Below, in pieces: positions 56,282-64,000 of a DNA stretch of 64,000 nucleotides; within the stretch, counting starts at the first letter, position 1, and every line of letters starts with the position of its first letter. The position numbers and the translations under genes were made by a program. The notes beneath the pieces were generated by a model. The model ran no database searches, was not told the DNA's origin, and saw only the letters and a program-made list of their open reading frames with translations. The stretch is from positions 42,036,001-42,100,000 of the forward strand of contig OX597821.1 in the NCBI GenBank assembly GCA_951406725.2, in the 5' to 3' direction. This stretch comes from Octopus vulgaris. Lineage: Eukaryota.

Positions 56282-56553
56282 ATGTATGTATGTATGTATG
56301 TATATATGTATGTGTGTGTGTATGTATGTATGTATGTATGTATGTATGTATGTATGTATGTGTGTGTGTGTATGTATGTATTTATGTATGTATGTGTGTA
56401 TGTATGTATGTGTGTGTCTGTGTGTGTGTGCGTGGGTATGTATGTATCAGCCTTGACCTAAAGTTGATGGAGATAAACTACCGGAAAATCATGGCAAACA
56501 ATCAGCATTGATTTTTGGTTTCCTTTACCAAAGACAAAGAGGGGAGAGAGAGC

Positions 56554-56619
<66 letters not shown>

Positions 56620-57138
56620 TTATACATACACGCGTGTGTAGAGGCATGTGTGCAGTGTATAACAGATTAATCAATCGCCTCTTCTCATCTTCGTATAAAT
56701 CTATTTATGTGTAACCACAAGGATGCAAGCACGCCACCAAAAACTCGTACATTCATTATGAACAGACTCTCGCAGACACAGGCTCGCTTGTGCATGTATG
56801 TGCGCACAATACACACACACACACATAGACATACACATACACACACACACACACATACATACATACATACATACATACATACATACATACATACATACAT
56901 ACATGCATGCATACATACATACGAGCATGTCTAGATATGCAACTATATGCATGAGAATACATACATAAAACATACAAATCTGCACATATATACATACATA
57001 AATACATACATACATGCATACATACATACATACATACGCACATTCATACATACATACATACATACATACATACATACATGCATACATACATGCATGCATA
57101 CATACATATATACACTCATACATACATACATACATACA

Positions 57139-57172
<34 letters not shown>

Positions 57173-57272
57173 CATACATACATACATACATACATACATA
57201 CATACATACATACATACATACATACATACATACATACATACATACATGCATGCATACATACATATATACATT

Positions 57273-57304
<32 letters not shown>

Positions 57305-57683
57305 CATACATACATACATACATGCATACATACATACATACATACATACATACATACATACATACATACATACATACATACATACATACATACATACATA
57401 CCCTGTTGTTGATGTTGAACTTCCAATGAAGGAGCCTTGAATCTAGGTTAGAAACCAGTTCTTTCTCTATTGGCAAGAAATCTTGAAATAAACTGAATAA
57501 TGACATACATTCGTGCGTGCGTACGTACAGACTTATATACATATATACGTACACACATACACGGATATTCACATATACATAGACACATATATATGCGCAT
57601 ACATATACATACACAAATAAACAGACATATTCACATACATACATACATACGTACGTACATACATACATACATACATACATACA

Positions 57684-57715
<32 letters not shown>

Positions 57716-58068
57716 CACATGTACGCATACATATGTACATACATGTACACATACATACATATATACATATACACATACATATAAACACACATACGTACAT
57801 ACATATAAACATACATACATACAAACATACATGCATACATACATACATACATACATACATACATACATACATGCATACATACATACATACATACATACAT
57901 ATACACATGTACACATACATATGTACATACATGTACACATACATATATACATATACACATACATATAAACACACATACGTTCATACATATAAACATACAT
58001 ACATACAAACATACATACATACAAACATACATACATACAAACATACATACATACATACATACATACAT
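55960..58068. repeat. Large (TATG)n/(CATA)n satellite block with orientation switch
   Basis: (TATG)n at about 55980-56450, then (CATA)n at about 56810-58068 with higher-order duplications. Confidence 0.9.
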
Positions 58069-58224
58069 GTCTGTGAGTGGAACGGTTAATATATGCAAGA
58101 CTCTTTTAAAGTTGCATATGCAACAATTATTGTTGTTATTCAAACCGACTTTGTTGTTTTGACAGAAACCAGTTCCTCCTACCCTCACCTTCTAGAAAGA
58201 ATGCTAATAGATAACGAAATCGAA

Positions 58225-58325
<101 letters not shown>

Positions 58326-58403
58326 GATAATTTCACGTCCGTACGTATATAAATACATGCCCGCTTACATATACACATGCATAAATATTATATAATGTGT
58401 ATG

Positions 58404-58465
<62 letters not shown>

Positions 58466-58631
58466 TTGTGTGTAAACATAAGCAGCGAGCAAGGTCGAAA
58501 GATTAAAATTTCCCTTCGTAATCATGACGTCGCAGGATCGCTCTCATTGTATGGCCATACTCTGTGTGGTAATTCTCTCTATCTATCTATCTATCTATCT
58601 GTCTATCTATCTCCCTCTTTCTCTCTCCCTC

Positions 58632-58666
<35 letters not shown>

Positions 58667-59239
58667 GGCTTCTTGGTTTCGCTTATTCCCCACTTCTTCC
58701 ATCAATAAAGTAACAAATGAATGAACCGATCATGTAACCCCTTTAGCAGTCGCGTGGACGGAGGTTTCTTTGTTCCCGCCGGTGCCATCATTTCCCTCAC
58801 AATCCATTCAAAGCTTTATGTCCGACGAGCTTCAAGCAGACACCACTCAGCATCTATGATTAACTACGACAAACTGCAGAAGAATATTATTATTTCAGAT
58901 TTAGGTACAAGGCCTGCAATTTTTGTCGTTGGATGGGAGGTTAGTCGATTAAATCGACTTCAGTACTTCGCTCGTAGTTTATTTTATAGATCCCGTATGG
59001 ATAAAAAACGAATTTGACCTCCACTGGAATTGAACTCAGGGCGTAAAGCGTTGAAATGAAATTATAGCATTGATGAGTAGCTCATTAAATGACGACATTA
59101 GGTTTCATTGCTTTTGCACAAGTGAGAAACGATCTGTCTCAGTCATATCCCAGGAACCTGTGATTTAACGTTCACTTGTTTCAGAAATCTGAATTGGGTG
59201 CTTATGGTCATTGAGAGTCAGCTTTGTCGTCCTTAACCG

Positions 59240-59715
59240 GGTTTGACTCTCGCGGGTGTTACTTTCTAAACCACAACCACCACCAGCCCGCGGTAGGTGA
59301 AAATCCACGAGGTAGAAATAGTACTGTATAATTTTTTTATTATTTTTATAAATTGTATATATTTATTTTATCATAAATGCAAAACAACGATATGGCGGAG
59401 GGTTACCGTATTCATAAAAATCTCTGAATATATTTCACAAATTATTTTTCTTGATTTCCACCTCATTTTTCTTTCTTTCTTTTTTTTTTTTTTCTTTCGT
59501 CTCTTTGAGAAACCACATTAGTTCTAAGCCATCAGAACCTCGCTTCTTCGTCATTTTCTCTTTTTTCATGATAATCCGTTTTCGGGTTGAGAAAGTCCAT
59601 TTCATCCAAAGTATATTCTTGCGGTATACCAGTTCCACTCTAAATCTTCAAATTGGTCAACTTGTTCCTTTACTGCACCATTCTCTACTCCTTCATTCTC
59701 CAAACACTTTTGGGA
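59240..59715 (-). mobile_element. Possible Tigger/pogo remnant
   Basis: cccgcggtaggtgaaaatccacgaggtag..ctgta subterminal-like motif and an acidic frameshifted peptide FEDLE..PQEYTLDEMD. Confidence 0.35.
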
Positions 59716-59938
59716 AAAAATAAGTGTAAACATACACACATACACAAACACGCATACACACACAGATATACATGTTGATGCTGGCGTGGCTATGTGGTAA
59801 GGAGCTTACTTCCCAGCCACATGGTTCCGGCTTCAGTCCAATGCATGACATCTTGGACAAGTGTCTTCTACAATAGCCTCGTGCCAACCAAAGCTTTGTG
59901 AGAGGATTTGATAAACGGAAACTGTATGTGTATATATA

Positions 59939-60006
<68 letters not shown>

Positions 60007-60246
60007 CGACTGATTAAAAATTCTATTTATTTATTTATGCAGCTGAGGATAGCCCTGCATTTAAACTGATGTAATGACTGCATTGCTCAATTAAATGGAG
60101 CCGCTTGAAACGGTCGTACCGCATCACCTCTGGATATCCTGTTGCTTATTTTTATTTGATTCACCTTACTTTGAGTTGTACGGATAATACCGCACTGACT
60201 TGGTGCTTCAACTTAAGTACCTAACTCAACTGAATCTATATATATA

Positions 60247-60546
60247 TAAAGAATAAAAAGTTTTGAATGGTACAACAAAGCACTATAATACAGACAATGT
60301 GCTATATACCTGTTGGTAATTTAGTCATCCATAGTCTGATATAATATTTCGGAATAATATTCCTTCTTCAGATATTCTTAGATGGAGTCGCGGAATATTA
60401 TACCGAAATATCATATCAGACTATGGGTGACTAAATTACAACAGGTATATAGCCCATTGTCTGTATTATAGTGCATTGTTGTACCATTCAAAACCTTTTA
60501 CTCTTTACAAACAATACACAATGCTTCAAGCGAACTACAATACTCT

Positions 60547-60549
<3 letters not shown>
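60247..60549. mobile_element. Penelope-like mini-element with inverted terminal copy and hammerhead core
   Basis: ~116-bp arms 60247-363 and 60392-507; minus strand CTGAAGA-A-GGAAT-att-ATTCC-GAAA-TATTA-TA; (TA)n flanks. Confidence 0.7.
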
Positions 60550-60606
<57 letters not shown>

Positions 60607-60714
60607 CCGTGTTTTCTGACGTGAATTTGCAACCCAGGTTTCGGTTAAACGAATTTTCCATGCTGGCGATAAACATAGGATAATTCATTCACCGACTTAT
60701 ATATATAAATATAT

Positions 60715-60826
60715 AACTGCTAAGTTAGGGGGACGTAAACACACACACAAAGACACAAACACATACACACATACATACATACATACATACATACATACAT
60801 ACATACATACATACATACACACACAC

Positions 60827-60866
<40 letters not shown>

Positions 60867-60990
60867 GTGTGTGTGTATGTATGTATGTATGTATGTATGT
60901 ATGTATGTATGTATGTATGTATGTATGTATGTATGTGTGTATGTGTGTGTGTCTTTGTGTGTGTGTTTACGTCCCCGTAACTTAGCAGTT
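60715..60990. repeat. Fold-back palindrome of a family B SINE segment centred on (AT)n
   Basis: aactgctaagtta.gggacgtaaacacacacacaaagacac.. mirrored around the (AT)n at about 60829-60863. Confidence 0.85.
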
Positions 60991-61043
60991 CGGCAAAAAA
61001 ACTGATTTTAAAAGATATAAATTCTAGGGTCAATTCATACGCG

Positions 61044-62064
61044 TAAAATCCCTTCAAGGCGGAGCTCCAGCATGGCCGCAGTCAAATGCCAGAAGCAAAT
61101 GAAAGAATAAAAGAAAAGGCACACATCGTTACACATACATAGAAAAAATTCTTCCCATTTCTTTCAAGACTTCCGGTCGATTAACTTCTTCAACAAGTCA
61201 CGTTACGTTCTGATTTTTTGTCCTCATTTTTCCAGAACAATATTCGATTTGGAAACCGTTTATTACGTTTTTATTGATGTTACAAACCAAGATAATTTAT
61301 TCTTATTCTTTATTTCTACATATCAACAGACACAGAGCATCGTTGCCAATTTTGTATGGTCGTTTCCTGAGTTCTAACTACAAAGGTAGACGTGGAAAAT
61401 GATTCAAAATTATCAAATCAAAAACGATATTGAGTTGTCAGATAAATTCATTCGTCCCCCTCTCTCTCTCTCTCCCTCTCTCTCTCTCTCTCTCACTCCC
61501 CTCTCTCCACTCATTGTATTTTAATCTTTTCCAATATTTAAATTAACACAGAAAATATCTTTATTGTAGTGATTCGCGTTTTTTCTTTTTTTCGTTTCTT
61601 TTTAGTAACTCTGTTCTTCCTCTACAATAAATTTTACCTCTTTCCAGACAAATAACGATGGGGTGCCAAGGAATGAAAAAAAATGAAAACGAACGAACTT
61701 ACCTGACAACTCAATATAATTTCTTTTATCGACGAACCGTGCAGGTTTCTTCGTATTGATGATGGCGAGCGGGTAACGATTGACTGAATTGGTTCCAGTT
61801 GAATATTCTTTTCCACTCTAGGCACAAGGCCCGAAATTTTGGGGGAGGGGACCAGTCGATTAGATCGACCCCAGTACGCAACTGGACAAAAAAAAATCAG
61901 AACAAAACGTGACTTGTTGAAGAATTTAATCGACCGCAAGACTTGAAATAAATGCGAAGAATTTTTCTATGTATGTGTAACGATGTATACCTATTCTTTT
62001 TTCATTTATTTGCTTCAGGCAGTTGACTGCGGCCATGCTGGAGCACAACCTTGAAGGGATTTTA
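61044..62064. repeat. Nested inverted repeats
   Basis: Outer arms 61044-223 / 61884-62064; inner arms 61427-55 / 61689-717. Confidence 0.85.
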
Positions 62065-62095
62065 GGCGTATAGTGCGCAGGAGTATAGGCGTATA

Positions 62096-62511
62096 GGCGC
62101 AGGAGTGGCTGTGTGGTAAGTAGCTTGCTAACCAACCACATGGTTCCGGGTTCAGTCCCACTGCGTGGCATCTTGGGCAAGTGTCTTCTACTATAGCCTC
62201 GGGCCGACCAATGCCTTGTGAGTGGATTTGGTAGACGGAAACTGAAAGAAGCCTGTCGTATATATGTATATATATATATATATGTATGTGTGTGTATGTG
62301 TTTGTGTGTCTGTGTTTGTCCACCTAGCATTGCTTGACAACTGATGCTGGTGTGTTTACATCCCCGTCACTTAGCGGTTCGGCAAAAGAGATCGATAGAA
62401 TAAGTACTGGGCTTACAAAGAATAAGTCGAATTGCTCGACTAAAGGCGGTGCTCCAGCATGGCCGCAGTCAAATGACTGAAACAAGTAAAAGAGTAAAAG
62501 AGTAAAGAGTA
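62096..62511 (+). mobile_element. Family B SINE, full length
   Basis: Head, body and (AAAAGAGT)n tail. Confidence 0.9.
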
Positions 62512-63028
62512 TGAATCGCTCCTGGGATTTATCGACCCCGAAAGGATGAAAGGCAAAGTCGACCCCGATGAAGGTTCTAGTTGAATATTAGTTCTTATTT
62601 TATCGATTCCACAAATATCTAAAGTCCCTCCACCTAGATTTGAATGTAGGACACTCAGGTATTGAACCAGCACCGTAAAATATTTCCTCGGGTACTTTAC
62701 CTCCGTCAGTGTTACTGTCTCTCGGTGTCAGGCGATAGGACTTGAATTTATAAACTACAGACGATTCCGCTTTATGGCATACCGCATAATTGCATGGTGT
62801 TCCACGGGAATAAATCTTTACCATTTAGCATCAAATCTCTGTAAAATTGAGCGGTTAATTGCATATCTAAATAATCTTAATTTCGGTTAATCGTATAATA
62901 TTTTGGTGAAATATAGCAAAAAACTGAACATTAATTTATATGACTATGGAAGCTACTCTTTTCATGAGGAGTTGAAATGAAAGTATTGAGTACTTCATGT
63001 TGCGGCACATTGATGCGCGTTATCTTTA

Positions 63029-63721
63029 TTACACTGTATCTGAAAAATATAAATACAGGATGGTCACGACTGGAATGTCTTTCGATTAGAGGTTCACTTG
63101 ATCAGAGCTGACCTGGGGTTAAACAACAACAGTCGATGGCAAAAGAATAAAATTCTTTTCGTGTCCAAAGTGTTGCGGGTAAAAGGATTGTGGGTGGGGT
63201 GCAATGTAAATGGTCCTTTCTCGTTCGTCGTCACCCCACCCACCCATTGTAGCCAATTTAGAATGAGAGAGAGGGGTGGGGCAGAAAGTGACCTCGTTAC
63301 TTCATCATCATAATAATAATCGTCATGAACAACCCCCAGATATTACTATTTCGATTCTTGCAACTCATAGGGACGGGTACCCTGTTCCCATGGTTTATAA
63401 GTCCGTGTCCGTGGCAGGGTACTCCATTTACAGCTAAGTGGACCGGAGCAATGTGAAATGAAGTGTTTTGCTCAAGAACACAATGTCTGAGAATCGAAAC
63501 CATGATCACAAGATCGTGAATACAACACCCTAACCACTTGGCCACACACCTCGCTCATTATTTCACAGCTACTTTATTTATCGATCCCGAAAGGATGAAC
63601 AGTAAACTTACACTGAATCTGAAAAAATATAAATACAGGACGGTCACGACTGGAATGCCTTTCGATTAGAGGTTCACTTGATCAGAGCTGACCTGGGGTT
63701 AAATAACAGCAGTCGATGGCA
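63029..63721 (+). repeat. ~113-bp direct repeat pair
   Basis: 63029-63141 and 63608-63721 differ at only a few positions. Confidence 0.85.
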
Positions 63722-64000
63722 GAAATTTCCTAAGACAATTTTCTGTACTTTTAGTTCCATGGTTTTGTAAAGTTAGTCATGGAGGGATTTGAACTGAGAA
63801 CTGAGAGGGCGGAGACAACGACCGCAAGGCACTCTCTCCGATACACCTTTTGGTGCCAATTCGCTGCCTTGAGACTGCGATATATCCAAGTCTTCTTACC
63901 ATTTCAGTGAATTAAAGAGCATAAATGTTCAGATTCCAGTATATTTTCTATTAATTCTTCAATAAAATAAAATTCTTCAATGAACCTTGATAAGGTTCAC

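Overview
AT-rich, microsatellite-saturated animal genomic DNA. The SINE, LINE and Penelope-like repertoire points to an octopus (coleoid cephalopod); this is an inference. No cellular protein-coding gene could be recognised, so the window looks intronic or intergenic, and nearly all supplied ORFs are translations of simple repeats or SINEs. Recognisable content: three tRNA-derived SINE families (one retroposing as head-to-tail multimers bounded by target-site duplications), five R4/Dong-type LINE 3' fragments mostly in (TAA)n tracts, one young RTE/BovB-like 3' fragment with a TSD, a decayed CR1-like LINE fragment in two copies, a Penelope GIY-YIG remnant, mariner and Tigger remnants, several MITEs and two non-autonomous Helitron-like copies. 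The most notable signal is more than a dozen minimal type I hammerhead ribozyme motifs, intact or decayed, from several Penelope-like mini-element families. They include a head-to-head hammerhead palindrome and a three-copy family with a non-canonical CUGUNGA core. A cluster of fold-back inverted repeats lies at 60.2-62.1 kb. All coordinates and alignments were read by eye, and repeat boundaries are approximate.
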